A stretch of DNA of 64,000 nt, taken from positions 1,472,001-1,536,000 of the forward strand of contig OY762209.1 of assembly GCA_963665295.1 (NCBI GenBank). Reading direction: 5' to 3'. The notes below the pieces were generated by a model. That model made no database searches and was not told where the DNA came from. It saw only the letters and a list, made by a program, of their open reading frames with translations. The position numbers and the translations under genes are program-made. Numbering within the stretch: position 1 is the stretch's first letter; each line of letters begins with the position of its first letter. The DNA is from Syntrophorhabdaceae bacterium (GTDB lineage Bacteria; Desulfobacterota; Syntrophorhabdia; Syntrophorhabdales; Syntrophorhabdaceae). This document shows positions 8,371 to 18,079 of this stretch, in pieces.

Positions 8371-11300
8371 TCAGGACGGCCTTCTTCCGTCGCCGTTTTT
8401 CCTTCCGAACCTCACATAGAGCGAGGGCACCACGATCATGTTGAGGGCGGTGGAACTCAGGAGCCCCCCGAGGATCACAATAGCGAGGGGAGAAAGTATT
8501 TCATTGCCCGGTTTGTGCGAGCCCAGGGCAAAAGGGACGAGGGCGAGACCGGCGGCCAGTGCCGTCATGACCACGGGCCGGAGCCGTTCCATGGACCCCT
8601 TGCATACCGCCTCTTTGATGTCCAGGCGCTCCTCTTCGAGAAGATGAAGATAATGGGACACGAGAAGAATCCCGTTTCTCGTGGCGATGCCGAAGAGGGT
8701 GATGAAACCGACGATAGAGGCGATGCTGATGACCCTGTCGGTAAAGAGGATGATAACGATCCCCCCTATGAGGGCGAGGGGCAGGTTCACCATTACGAGC
8801 ACCGATGTCCTCAAGGACCTGAACTCCATGTAAAGAATGAGGAATATGGCGAGGAGGGAGACGATGCTCAAAAGCCCTATGGTCTTCGACGCCTCCGCCT
8901 CGCTCTGGAACTGTCCCCCGTACTCGATGAAGTACCCGGGAGGGAGGACGAGATTAGCGGTGATGCGGGATTTCACGTCATCGAAGACACCCCTCAAATC
9001 TCTGCCGGAGACGTTTGCCTGGACCACCATCTTTCTCTGCACATTTTCCCTGCTTATGCTGTTGGGGCCCTTGGCGGAATAGATGTCGGCAAGGGCCGAG
9101 AGGGGCACTTTTGCCCCGCCGGGGACATCAATGAGGGTGGAGCGTACGCTCTCCACGTCCTTTTTCGCGCTGTCATCGAACTTCACGATAATATCGAAGC
9201 CCCTGTCCCCTTCCAGTGTCCTGGAGACCACCTTTCCGAACATGGCCGCCTCTACGGCCTCGGCCACCTGCACCACGGACAGGCCGTATCTGGCAAGTTC
9301 CGACCTCTTCGGCACGACGCGCAGTTGGGGGATGTCCACCTGCTGCTCCACCGACAGGTCCGCCACACCCCCGACCCGGCTCATCTCGTACCGCACGTCC
9401 TCGGCGATGGCCCTCAGCCTGAAGAGTTCCCTGCCGAATATCTTCACCGCAATGTTCCCCGTTGATCCTGAGAGCATGTGGTCGATCCTGTGACTGATGG
9501 GCTGGCCGAAGGCTATGACCGTGCCGGGGATGGAGGCCACGGATTTTCGCAGTTCCGTGAGCACGTCCTGGAGCCGCCTTCCTTTCATGTCGAGTCTCAC
9601 CTCGATCTCCGAGGCGTTGGCGGGTTTTCCGTGTTCATCGAGTTCGCCTCTGCCCGTCTTCCGGAGCGTCTGTTTTACGTTGGGATGCCGTTTCAGGGCG
9701 AGTTCTATGAGGGTGCCTATTTCAGACGACTTTTCGAGGGACGTTCCGGGCGCGGTGGCGACCAGCACGGTCAGGGACCCTTCGTTGAAGGCGGGCAGGA
9801 ACGACCTCCCTATAAAAAGAAGGGGTATGAGAGAGGCCGCAAAGACCAGGGCCGCAGAGAGGATGACGAGGTTCGGTTTCCTTACAGCGAAGTCAAGGAC
9901 CGGCCGGTACAGCGCCTTGAGGCCCGTAACGAGCCTCCCTTCACCCCCCGCATCGAGGAACCTGCCCTTGTGGAGCAGATAGGAGCACATGGCGGGCGTG
10001 ACCGTGAGGGCGACCACGAGGGAAGCGGCGATGGAGACCATGTAGGATGTGCCGAGGGGTCTCAAGAGCCGCCCTTCTATACCGCTCAGGAAGAAGAGAG
10101 GCACAAACACGACGATGATGATCAAAGTGGCGTTGATGATGGGTCCCCTGATTTCGGAGGAAGCCTCGAAGATCACCTCTCCCGTGGGAAATCTCTCATG
10201 CCCGGCTTTGAGATGGTTCTCCTTCATCCGCCTGAATACGTTTTCCACGTAGATGATGGCGTCATCCACGATTACCCCCACGGCTATGGCCATGCCTCCC
10301 AGGGTCATGGTGTTGATGGTCACATCAAAATACTTCAGCACGAGGAGGGCGAATATGAGGGAGAGGGGCATGGCGGTCATGGAGATGACCGTCGCCCTCA
10401 GGTTTCCGAGAAAGAGGAGGATTATGGCGATCACGAGGACGCCGCCCTCCACCACCACCCGGAGCACGTTGGATATGGACCTCTCTATGAAGTCCGCCTG
10501 CCTGAAGACGTCCGTATCCATCACCATTCCCCTGGGGAGCGTCTTCTCCATCTCTTTCAAGGTGGTCTGAAGCCTTTTGGTCAGTTCCACCGTATTCGTG
10601 TCGGGGTGCTTCAGTATGGCAAGGGTGACGGCGGGCTTGCCGTCCACCGAAGAATCGCCGAACCTGAATGCAGGGGCGGCCTTGACCGCGGCGAGGTCCC
10701 TTACGAGCACGGGGATGCCGTCCCGGGTCGCCACTACCGAGGCCTCTAAGTCCCCAACGGACTTCACCCTTCCAATGCCCCTTATGAGGTAGTCCCGGCT
10801 GCCCGATTTCATGACACCGGCGGAAAAGTTTTCGTTCGATCCCTTTACCGCGGTGAGGACGTCGTTCAGGGCCAGGTTAAAGGCCGCAAGCCCGCGGGGG
10901 TCGACGAGGACCTGGTACTGCTTTGTCTCGCCGCCCACATTCACCACCTGAGACACGCCGGGTATGGAGAGAAGCCTCCTTCGCACCACGAAATCGGCCG
11001 TCTCCTTTACCTCCATGAGGGGATGGCGCTCGCTTCTCAGGCCGATGTACATGATCTCGCCCATGATGGAGGAAATGGGAGCAAGGACGGGCATGGTGCC
11101 TGCGGGAAGCGCGCCTGCAACGAGTTGCAGCTTCTCGTTCACCACCTGGCGGGCCCGGTAGATATCGGTGCCCCAGGCAAACTCGACGTATATGGTGGAC
11201 ATGCCCACCGCGGAGGTGGAACGGACCCGGCGCACCCCCGTGGCCCCGTTCATGGCGCTCTCTATGGGGAAGGTGACTACCGTCTCCACCTCTTCCGGCG

Positions 11301-11469
11301 CCATCCCGTGGGCGTCCGTCATGATGGTGACTGTGGGGGCGGTGAGGTCGGGAAAGACGTCGACCTTCATGTTCATGGCCGCATACCCTCCCGCCACAAG
11401 GAGGGCGAGGGATGCCGCCACGATTATCAGCCTGTTTCTTATGCAGAACTTTGTGAGGTTATCGAGCAT
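8371..11469 (-). CDS. CusA/CzcA family heavy-metal efflux RND permease
   Basis: VDVFPDLTAPTV, GMAPEEVE, TLGGMAIAVGVIVDDAIIYVEN, ERLRPVVMTA motifs; start reassigned to ATG 11469 (GGAG SD). Confidence 0.95.
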   Translation of the reverse strand: MLDNLTKFCIRNRLIIVAASLALLVAGGYAAMNMKVDVFPDLTAPTVTIMTDAHGMAPEEVETVVTFPIESAMNGATGVRRVRSTSAVGMSTIYVEFAWGTDIYRARQVVNEKLQLVAGALPAGTMPVLAPISSIMGEIMYIGLRSERHPLMEVKETADFVVRRRLLSIPGVSQVVNVGGETKQYQVLVDPRGLAAFNLALNDVLTAVKGSNENFSAGVMKSGSRDYLIRGIGRVKSVGDLEASVVATRDGIPVLVRDLAAVKAAPAFRFGDSSVDGKPAVTLAILKHPDTNTVELTKRLQTTLKEMEKTLPRGMVMDTDVFRQADFIERSISNVLRVVVEGGVLVIAIILLFLGNLRATVISMTAMPLSLIFALLVLKYFDVTINTMTLGGMAIAVGVIVDDAIIYVENVFRRMKENHLKAGHERFPTGEVIFEASSEIRGPIINATLIIIVVFVPLFFLSGIEGRLLRPLGTSYMVSIAASLVVALTVTPAMCSYLLHKGRFLDAGGEGRLVTGLKALYRPVLDFAVRKPNLVILSAALVFAASLIPLLFIGRSFLPAFNEGSLTVLVATAPGTSLEKSSEIGTLIELALKRHPNVKQTLRKTGRGELDEHGKPANASEIEVRLDMKGRRLQDVLTELRKSVASIPGTVIAFGQPISHRIDHMLSGSTGNIAVKIFGRELFRLRAIAEDVRYEMSRVGGVADLSVEQQVDIPQLRVVPKRSELARYGLSVVQVAEAVEAAMFGKVVSRTLEGDRGFDIIVKFDDSAKKDVESVRSTLIDVPGGAKVPLSALADIYSAKGPNSISRENVQRKMVVQANVSGRDLRGVFDDVKSRITANLVLPPGYFIEYGGQFQSEAEASKTIGLLSIVSLLAIFLILYMEFRSLRTSVLVMVNLPLALIGGIVIILFTDRVISIASIVGFITLFGIATRNGILLVSHYLHLLEEERLDIKEAVCKGSMERLRPVVMTALAAGLALVPFALGSHKPGNEILSPLAIVILGGLLSSTALNMIVVPSLYVRFGRKNGDGRRPS

Positions 11470-11485
11470 AGGGGGTCTCCTGGTA

Positions 11486-12997
11486 TCAGTGTCCGTGCCC
11501 GTCGCCCTGGGGCGCCTTCGACGACTGAGATGCAAGCCTTACGTAATAAGCGCCTTTTGTCACGACCCGCTCGCCTTCTTTCAACCCTTCCGTGACTTCA
11601 ACGAGGCCTCCGCCCCTGATGCCTGTCTTTATCTCTCTCCTCTCGAAAGAAACGCCCTCCGTCTGGACAAAGACGAAGAACTTGCCTTCGTCCTCGAGCA
11701 CGGCCTCTTCGGGGAGGGTCAATCCCTCCTTCTCGCTGCCCGTCTTTATGGACACGTCGGCGAACATGCCCGCTTTGAGGAGCCCTTTTCTGTTGTCCAC
11801 ATCGAAGATGGCCGCCACGGTCCTCGTTTTCGCGTCCACTATATCATTTATCGCTACGAGCCTGACAGGCTTGAAGGAGCCGTCCATACCGGCCACGGTA
11901 AAGGTAGCCTCACGGAGTTTCCCGAGCCTCCCCGTTTCCGTGGCGGGTATATTGGCCTTGAGCCGGAGGGTCGAGGTGTTGATGATCTTCACGAGCGCCT
12001 GTCCGACCTCCACAGCCTTCCCGTTTGAGGCAAATACCTCGACCACCGTGCCGCTCAAGGGCGATTTCACGGTTATTCCCCGGTCGGAGGTTTTGCCCTT
12101 CATGGTGTTCATTGCCTGTTCCAGGGGATCGAGGGCGGCTTTCGCGCTGTCGAGGGCGAGGTCCGCCTCGTCAACCCTCCTTTTAGCCACGGCCTTTGCC
12201 TCGTAAAGCCTCTTTGCCCGCTCCGATTCCTTTAAAGCCAGGCTGTGCCTGTTCTTCGCCTCCGCATAGGCCGAGGTCAACTGGCCTATGCCTCCCTGCT
12301 GATACACGGGCGGGTCGATCACGGCGACCACATCGCCTGCGGCCACCTTTTTCCCCACGTGAGGAAGGCTTCTCGAAACGGAGAGTATGCCCGCGAGGGG
12401 CGCCGACAGGGTAACCTCGCGGTCGGACACGGTCACAAGCTCTCCCGGTGATATAAAGGACGACGAAAGAGGCCTCCTTGCAGGAGATTCGGTCCGGAAA
12501 TCGACCATCCACTGCTGTTCCTTGGAGAAGGCGATGGCGGCCTTCGCACTGTGACCGTGATGTTCCTCCTCTTCCTTCCCCGTGTCGCCCATGACGGAGA
12601 TGTTGTCTATGCGTATCTCATCGGAGAAGGCCTGCCCCGCATAGGCGACCTTCAGTGTGTACTTGCCCTGTTTCCTGAAGGGCACTTCGGTCACGAACAT
12701 GCCCGGTCTCACGGGGGCGTCCAATTTTATCGTCAATGGTTCGCCCCCATCGGGCGTAAAGGTCAGGGTGAGGACACCCGCCTCCGGGGGCTTGAAATCC
12801 TTTAGAGCCGTGATATAGACCATAAAATCCGTCTTGCGGCCCTTCCTGGGCTCATCGTACTCGACAAGGAACTCAGCCTTTCCTGTCCAGACCGTCTGCT
12901 TCTCCGTTTCGCCCTTGTGGATATCCGCTTCCCCCGCCTTGTGGGAACATGCGCCGAGGAGCATGAGGAGCACTACCGGCAACACGAGATATTTCAT
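11486..12997 (-). CDS. RND efflux periplasmic adaptor subunit (CzcB/CusB-like), lipoprotein
   Basis: LLGAC lipobox, His patches (EEEEHHGH, GDGHGH), SPLSGTV, LKAGMFA, GLKEGERVVTKG. Confidence 0.92.
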   Translation of the reverse strand: MKYLVLPVVLLMLLGACSHKAGEADIHKGETEKQTVWTGKAEFLVEYDEPRKGRKTDFMVYITALKDFKPPEAGVLTLTFTPDGGEPLTIKLDAPVRPGMFVTEVPFRKQGKYTLKVAYAGQAFSDEIRIDNISVMGDTGKEEEEHHGHSAKAAIAFSKEQQWMVDFRTESPARRPLSSSFISPGELVTVSDREVTLSAPLAGILSVSRSLPHVGKKVAAGDVVAVIDPPVYQQGGIGQLTSAYAEAKNRHSLALKESERAKRLYEAKAVAKRRVDEADLALDSAKAALDPLEQAMNTMKGKTSDRGITVKSPLSGTVVEVFASNGKAVEVGQALVKIINTSTLRLKANIPATETGRLGKLREATFTVAGMDGSFKPVRLVAINDIVDAKTRTVAAIFDVDNRKGLLKAGMFADVSIKTGSEKEGLTLPEEAVLEDEGKFFVFVQTEGVSFERREIKTGIRGGGLVEVTEGLKEGERVVTKGAYYVRLASQSSKAPQGDGHGH

Positions 12998-14217
12998 CTT
13001 TCACCTTCCCTCGTCAGTTTGATGCCGACGGCCCTTTCCGTCTCGAAAAGGGTTGCCCAGTATTCATAGAGGGTATTGTTGTATTCCATGAGCAGTTCCT
13101 TCTCCGAGCGGACCGTGTCGAGGAGATCGATGAGGCCCATCTCCCCTTCTTCGTAAGCAATGCGTGCAATCTTTGTGATCTCCCTGGTGGAGTCGAGCTG
13201 CCCCCTCACTTCCCCAAGCCGCGTCTGGAGGTAGGACATCCTCTCCTGGAGGATGGCGATCTCGCTTGCCGCCTGTTTTTTGAGGAACTCGTAATTGAGC
13301 TTCTGCTTATCCCGTTCCGCCGTGGCAAAAGCTATCTTCCCCTGGTTCCTGTCGAATACGGGCAGAGGGACGGCAAGGCCGAATACGAACCCGTCGAACC
13401 CGCCCGCCCACCTCTTGTAGCCCGCCTCGACCCCTATAAGCGGGAAGGCCTCACGCCGGGAGAGGGACAGGGACGCATCCGCCGCATTGACGAGGGTAGA
13501 CTGACCCTTGATATCGGCCCTCCTGTCGATCGCTTTCTCCGCGGCTTCCCTGAGTTCCGGTGGAGGGGGCCTGTATTCGAAAGCGCCGTGCAACACGAAC
13601 TCGCTGTCCGGCAGGTTCAGCATGAGGGCGAGTTTTTTCCTTTCGCCCTTCAGGTCCGTCCTGAACCCGGCCAGGGCCCTGGTGAATTTCCTCTTCTCCG
13701 AAGAGAGCCTCAGGAGTTCTCCTTCCGAAGCGTCCCCTGCCTTGACCCGGGCGGAGGTCCTCCGCTCCGATTCTTCCGCCATTTCTATGATGCCTTCCAG
13801 GGCCTTCATGTTTTCCATGATGAGGAGGTTCCTGTAATAGAGCTGCTTCATTTGAGAGACCATGCCCACCGCGCCGTACTCGAAGAAGAGGGTCTGGGCC
13901 TCTTTTCGTTTCTCGGCGGTTTCGATCCTCTTTGCCCTTTTACCGGCGAAGTCTACGGGTTGTATCACCGTATAGGTGACCTCTTTGTCGTTCTGACCGC
14001 TCGACACGCTTTCGTAGACATACCTCGCTTCAGGGTTGGGCAGGAGCCGCGAACCTACGACCTCCGCCTCGGCCTGGGTCAGGTCCTTTCTTCTCATGCG
14101 GATCTCCATGTTGTTCTCGAGCAGCATCTTTTCGGCCTCCTCCACAGTGAGGGCGAAGCCCGGGCAGGGGAGCTCGATCGCCGTAAGCAGGAGAAGAAGA
14201 ATGAATATAATGCGCAT
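12994..14217 (-). CDS. TolC family outer membrane efflux protein (CzcC-like)
   Basis: LLPNP, VPLPVFDRNQG, AYEEGEMGLIDLLD motifs; operon position; AGGAGG SD. Confidence 0.92.
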   Translation of the reverse strand: MRIIFILLLLLTAIELPCPGFALTVEEAEKMLLENNMEIRMRRKDLTQAEAEVVGSRLLPNPEARYVYESVSSGQNDKEVTYTVIQPVDFAGKRAKRIETAEKRKEAQTLFFEYGAVGMVSQMKQLYYRNLLIMENMKALEGIIEMAEESERRTSARVKAGDASEGELLRLSSEKRKFTRALAGFRTDLKGERKKLALMLNLPDSEFVLHGAFEYRPPPPELREAAEKAIDRRADIKGQSTLVNAADASLSLSRREAFPLIGVEAGYKRWAGGFDGFVFGLAVPLPVFDRNQGKIAFATAERDKQKLNYEFLKKQAASEIAILQERMSYLQTRLGEVRGQLDSTREITKIARIAYEEGEMGLIDLLDTVRSEKELLMEYNNTLYEYWATLFETERAVGIKLTREGER

Positions 14218-14300
14218 GCGCCTTCCTCCTTGGTTGAATCGGGACAGTCGGAGCCGGTCTTTTTACAGACGCCCCGCTGTTGTGGGACTATGACGCGCTT

Positions 14301-14720
14301 CTAGGATAGAGGAGGAGAAAGGCCGGAATGGCGTAAAGAAAAGAACCCGTGAGGCTTCAGGGGAGATTCCCCGGAAACGGGAAAGACTGTTGCTGCGGTG
14401 TCGGGCATCCCCTCGTCCCCCGGGGTGATCGCGTAACAGGGGAGGGTCGGCAGCAGGTTCACATATGATTTATGGACCGCATTGTCTTCGTCTATAAGGA
14501 ATCGGACATCGTGAAGGTGATACGGCCTGCCGCTTCCTTCGAGAACCTCTTCACGCGGGTCCTCCCGGAAAAGGGCGGCTCGGCCCGCAGGCTCTGCCCC
14601 ATCACAGGGGCCTCTTCCCGCTGCCCCCGCCTCCGTGTGGCAGTGAAGGAAAGGCAGCAGCCCCGCGATCAGGAGGTAGAGGAGAAAGGGGACCACGTAT
14701 TTGCGACGATTAATACACAT
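14301..14720 (-). CDS. CzcI/DUF2946-like leader protein upstream of the metal efflux operon
   Basis: N-terminal hydrophobic segment followed by HCH, internal HLHD, C-terminal RHSGLSPPLS; sits directly before the czcC-like gene. Confidence 0.65.
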   Translation of the reverse strand: MCINRRKYVVPFLLYLLIAGLLPFLHCHTEAGAAGRGPCDGAEPAGRAALFREDPREEVLEGSGRPYHLHDVRFLIDEDNAVHKSYVNLLPTLPCYAITPGDEGMPDTAATVFPVSGESPLKPHGFFSLRHSGLSPPLS

Positions 14721-14728
14721 GGTAGATG

Positions 14729-14757
14729 ATTATAATGCGGAATCTCCGCAAAGGCAA
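14729..14757 (-). promoter_or_regulatory. Sigma70 promoter of the efflux operon with a palindromic operator in the spacer
   Basis: TTGCCT-17-TATAAT; TGCGGA-N3-TCCGCA at 14736-14750. Confidence 0.65.
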
Positions 14758-14825
14758 CCATACCCTGCTGCCCCGGACTTCCCCCGCTTCCTTCCGAAAG
14801 AGGAAAGGATAAAAGGGAATGCGGT

Positions 14826-15809
14826 CTAGGGGGTATTCCGGGCCTCAAAGAGGTTAAGCTTTGCCGACAGCAACTCGTCACATGCGGAATAGGGGTCCTT
14901 GGCGCCTGCGATGATGAGGTCCACGCATCTTTTGAATTCGGGACTGCCTGTTATGTGGTGCAATGCCTCCTCGATGAGCCTGCTTTTGATCATGTCCGCC
15001 AGTTCAAGGCGGGCCGCTGCTTTCTTATGACGGATCATGGTCTCGTAAGGCAAGGCCTTCCTGTTCGTGCGGTGTTTCTCGATCTCATTCAGCAGCCCGG
15101 CGGTGCCTTTGTCGGTCGCCGCCTCGGTCATAAGCACAGGCGGCTCCCAATCCTGACCGGCGGACCTCTTCCTTGCGATATGGAACATTGCCTTCAGATC
15201 GTTCAGGGTTCTTTGGGCATCGGGACGGTCTGATTTGTTGATAACGAAGATGTCCCCCGCTTCGAGGATTCCGGCCTTGATGGCCTGGATATGGTCACCC
15301 ATGCCCGGCACTACGACAACCACCGTGACATGGGCGCTTTTGACGATATCGACTTCATCCTGGCCTACCCCTACCGTCTCGACAATGATGTAGTCCTTTC
15401 CCATGGCATCCATTACATCGATCGCCGAGTGCGTGGATTGAGTGAGCCCTCCGAACTGGCCCCGCGTCGCGAGGGAACGGACAAACACGCCTTGGTCCAG
15501 GCTATGGCGCTGCATGCGGATACGGTCCCCCAATATCGCCCCTCCGCTGAAGGGGCTGGTGGGATCAACCGCGAGGACGCCCGCTGTTTTCCCGCTCTCC
15601 CTCAAATTTTGGATCATCCGGTCCACCAACGTGCTCTTGCCGACGCCGGGGGCGCCCGTGATCCCGATTACATAAGCTTTACCCGTATGCCTGTGCAGGG
15701 CCTTGAGGATTTCCCTTGTGCCCGGAGCCCCGTCGTCGATGTCACGGATCAACCTCGCCGCAGCTCTCACGTCGCCATCGACGATTCTTTCAACGATACC
15801 GTCGATCAT
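14826..15809 (-). CDS. meaB: Methylmalonyl-CoA mutase-associated GTPase MeaB/ArgK
   Basis: GITGAPGVGKST, AVDPTSPFSGGAILGDRIRM, ETVGVGQDE, NKSD. Confidence 0.95.
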   Translation of the reverse strand: MIDGIVERIVDGDVRAAARLIRDIDDGAPGTREILKALHRHTGKAYVIGITGAPGVGKSTLVDRMIQNLRESGKTAGVLAVDPTSPFSGGAILGDRIRMQRHSLDQGVFVRSLATRGQFGGLTQSTHSAIDVMDAMGKDYIIVETVGVGQDEVDIVKSAHVTVVVVVPGMGDHIQAIKAGILEAGDIFVINKSDRPDAQRTLNDLKAMFHIARKRSAGQDWEPPVLMTEAATDKGTAGLLNEIEKHRTNRKALPYETMIRHKKAAARLELADMIKSRLIEEALHHITGSPEFKRCVDLIIAGAKDPYSACDELLSAKLNLFEARNTP

Positions 15810-15812
15810 GCC

Positions 15813-16211
15813 CTATCTCTTCACGGACGAAACTATGTAGTCTACGATCGATTCCGAAGTGCTCTGAGGGGGAAAAATCCTCGATACGCCCCTTTCCCGC
15901 AAGGCCTCGGCATATTGCCTGGGGATGGCCCCCCCGCAAATCACGGGAACATCATCCAGGTCATTTTTCTTCATCAGGTCCAGCAGGATGCCTATCTGTT
16001 CGTAGTTGGAGGCGTGGCTGCTTATGCCGATCACGTCCACGCTCTCCTGGATAGCCGCGCTGACGATCATCTCGGGCGTCTGATAGATGCCGAGATATAC
16101 CACTTCCATCCCGGCGTCCATGAGAAACCTCGACACGATTTCCGCGCCCGTGAAGTGTCCGTCAAGGCCGATAACCGAGATGAGAACCTTAATTCGTTGC
16201 CTGTTGCTCAT
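15813..16211 (-). CDS. Cobalamin-binding small subunit of an acyl-CoA mutase
   Basis: GLDGHFTG (DxHxxG), GMEVVYLG, QTPE, CGGAIP. Confidence 0.92.
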   Translation of the reverse strand: MSNRQRIKVLISVIGLDGHFTGAEIVSRFLMDAGMEVVYLGIYQTPEMIVSAAIQESVDVIGISSHASNYEQIGILLDLMKKNDLDDVPVICGGAIPRQYAEALRERGVSRIFPPQSTSESIVDYIVSSVKR

Positions 16212-16262
16212 GGTGATATTCCTCCTGTCTCAAGAAATGCTCTCCCTTCCCCCTTTGCGCCC

Positions 16263-17879
16263 TTACAGATCGAAAGGGCAATCGATCATCTCCAGCGGGT
16301 CATAATGAAACCCGTGGGCCTTCCGGATGACACCCATTATCTCTCCGGCGGTGCCATAAGCCTTGACCGCCTCTATAATGGACGGCATGAGGTTGCAGCT
16401 CCCGTCCCTTGTTGCATCGGCATGAAGCCGTGCAATCTTCTCTTTCAACAAGGGCATATCTCTTGTCTTCTTCCAATCCTCCATCCGTTTCGCTATCTCT
16501 TCGCAATCGGATGTCTCCACGGACTGAATGGGGATATCGTCATCTTCCTCGGGAGGGATTACCAGTTCGTTCACCCCCACGATCAGACGCTCTCCCGATT
16601 CTATCTCCTTTTGCCGCTTCCGGGCCGACTCTTCCATCATATTGTGGATATAGCCTTTTTTCACCGCCGCGATCATGCCGCCCTGATCTTCTATCTCTTT
16701 GAGGATCTTGTATGCTTCCGCTTCGATATTGTTGGTGAGATACTCCACGTAATAGGAGCCTGCGAGAGGGTCCGTCACATCCGTCACTCCTGTTTCGTCG
16801 GAGACGATGTGCTGGGTGTTCAGGGACATCCTCGCCGCGAAAGGGGACGGCTCCGCGTGGGCATTGTCCAGGCACGCGTTGTCAATCGCGGTGCACCCCG
16901 CAATAGCTCCCGCCAGGGTTTGTATGGCGCATCGCGCGATGTTGTTGAGAGGCTGCTGATAGGTCATGGTCCGTCCCGACGTATGGACGGATATGAGAAG
17001 CTGGCATGCCTTTTCGGTTTTGGCCTTGAATACCTCTTTCGCCATCTTCGCATACATCCTCCGGAGGGCGCGGACTTTGGCTATTTCTTCGAAGAACCGG
17101 GAGCCCACGCTTACGAGTTCGTAGGGGAGAAGGCCCACGTCATCGAAATCAAGGCCCCGCTCATTGACCAGCAGTCCGAGCAGTTCTTTGAGCTGAGCCA
17201 TCTCCACGGCCAGCGCCTGTGCGTTATTTCCGCCCGACTCCTGAAAGTGCTGGCTGAGAATGCCGCAGCGCATATGTATTCTATTCCTTATGATGTATTC
17301 CGAGGAATCCATCCAGAGTTTGATATTGAGGTCCAAAGGGAGATTGTCCCCCTGCCCGAAGGTGTGGCAGAAAGGATATTCCGTCACGCTGCCGTGCACT
17401 TCCTCTAAGTCAATACCTCGCTTTTCCGCCAGGGCAACAACATAGGCCAGCCGTATGGCGGACATGGCAGCGGAACCGAGAAGGGTAATAGACTGTCCGG
17501 TCAGGGGAATGCCGTCCATGAGCTCCTCGAATTCCAGGAGCGACGCTCCATGCCAACCCAGAACCCCCGCCTCTCTTCTGCCCACGGGATGATCGGCGTC
17601 TATGGGCATCGCATTGGGCCTGTCGCAGATGACGAGCATCCCCTGTGTCTGACCCATTGCCCGGTACTGTTTAAGGGCTTCGTTGGTTCTTTTGGAAGAC
17701 CCGAGCCCGGCGGTCATTCTCCTTGTCCACACGCGGCTGCGGTAGCCTTCCGGATGATAACCCCGGACATAGGGATAGAATCCGGGGTCCCCCACATCCT
17801 TCGCATAATCCAAACCTGCAATGTCTTCGGGGGTGTATACGGGCCGAATCTCGTATCCGTAATCTGTTTCTCTTTTCAT
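16263..17879 (-). CDS. Acyl-CoA mutase large (substrate-binding) subunit, methylmalonyl-CoA mutase family, divergent
   Basis: PGFYPYVRG, FFEEIAKVRALRR, QQPLNNIAR, DPLAGSYYVEYLT, IVGVN; start reassigned to ATG 17879 (GGAGG SD). Confidence 0.92.
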   Translation of the reverse strand: MKRETDYGYEIRPVYTPEDIAGLDYAKDVGDPGFYPYVRGYHPEGYRSRVWTRRMTAGLGSSKRTNEALKQYRAMGQTQGMLVICDRPNAMPIDADHPVGRREAGVLGWHGASLLEFEELMDGIPLTGQSITLLGSAAMSAIRLAYVVALAEKRGIDLEEVHGSVTEYPFCHTFGQGDNLPLDLNIKLWMDSSEYIIRNRIHMRCGILSQHFQESGGNNAQALAVEMAQLKELLGLLVNERGLDFDDVGLLPYELVSVGSRFFEEIAKVRALRRMYAKMAKEVFKAKTEKACQLLISVHTSGRTMTYQQPLNNIARCAIQTLAGAIAGCTAIDNACLDNAHAEPSPFAARMSLNTQHIVSDETGVTDVTDPLAGSYYVEYLTNNIEAEAYKILKEIEDQGGMIAAVKKGYIHNMMEESARKRQKEIESGERLIVGVNELVIPPEEDDDIPIQSVETSDCEEIAKRMEDWKKTRDMPLLKEKIARLHADATRDGSCNLMPSIIEAVKAYGTAGEIMGVIRKAHGFHYDPLEMIDCPFDL

Positions 17880-18079
17880 TTTGCCTCCATAACCTGAAAA
17901 AGTCTTAAATAGACCGGATCGGACATCCCGAGCATGGTTAAGGCGGCACCCATCAAGGCATGCGCCCGGTTTGCGCCCGACACGCACACAGGGCCGGCGA
18001 CAACCGCACGAGTCTCTTTGCCTGATTCCCATGACGATTCGAGTAAATATTCCGGTTTCATCCCGTCTCAATGATAAAG

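Noticed and set aside
15291..17408. 705-aa plus-strand ORF, and similar long antisense ORFs at 20744-22921, 35886-37619, 9478-10749 and 62969-63985
   Set aside because: Antisense shadows of well-supported genes in GC-rich DNA; no recognisable motifs.
17880..18079. Cobalamin or c-di-GMP-I riboswitch in the ~200-nt mutase leader (GGCAAA...GGGCGCAAA on the minus strand)
   Set aside because: No GNRA-capped stem with receptor, and no B12-box or GGGAA...GCCCCCGC core visible; only a cmsearch could rescue it.
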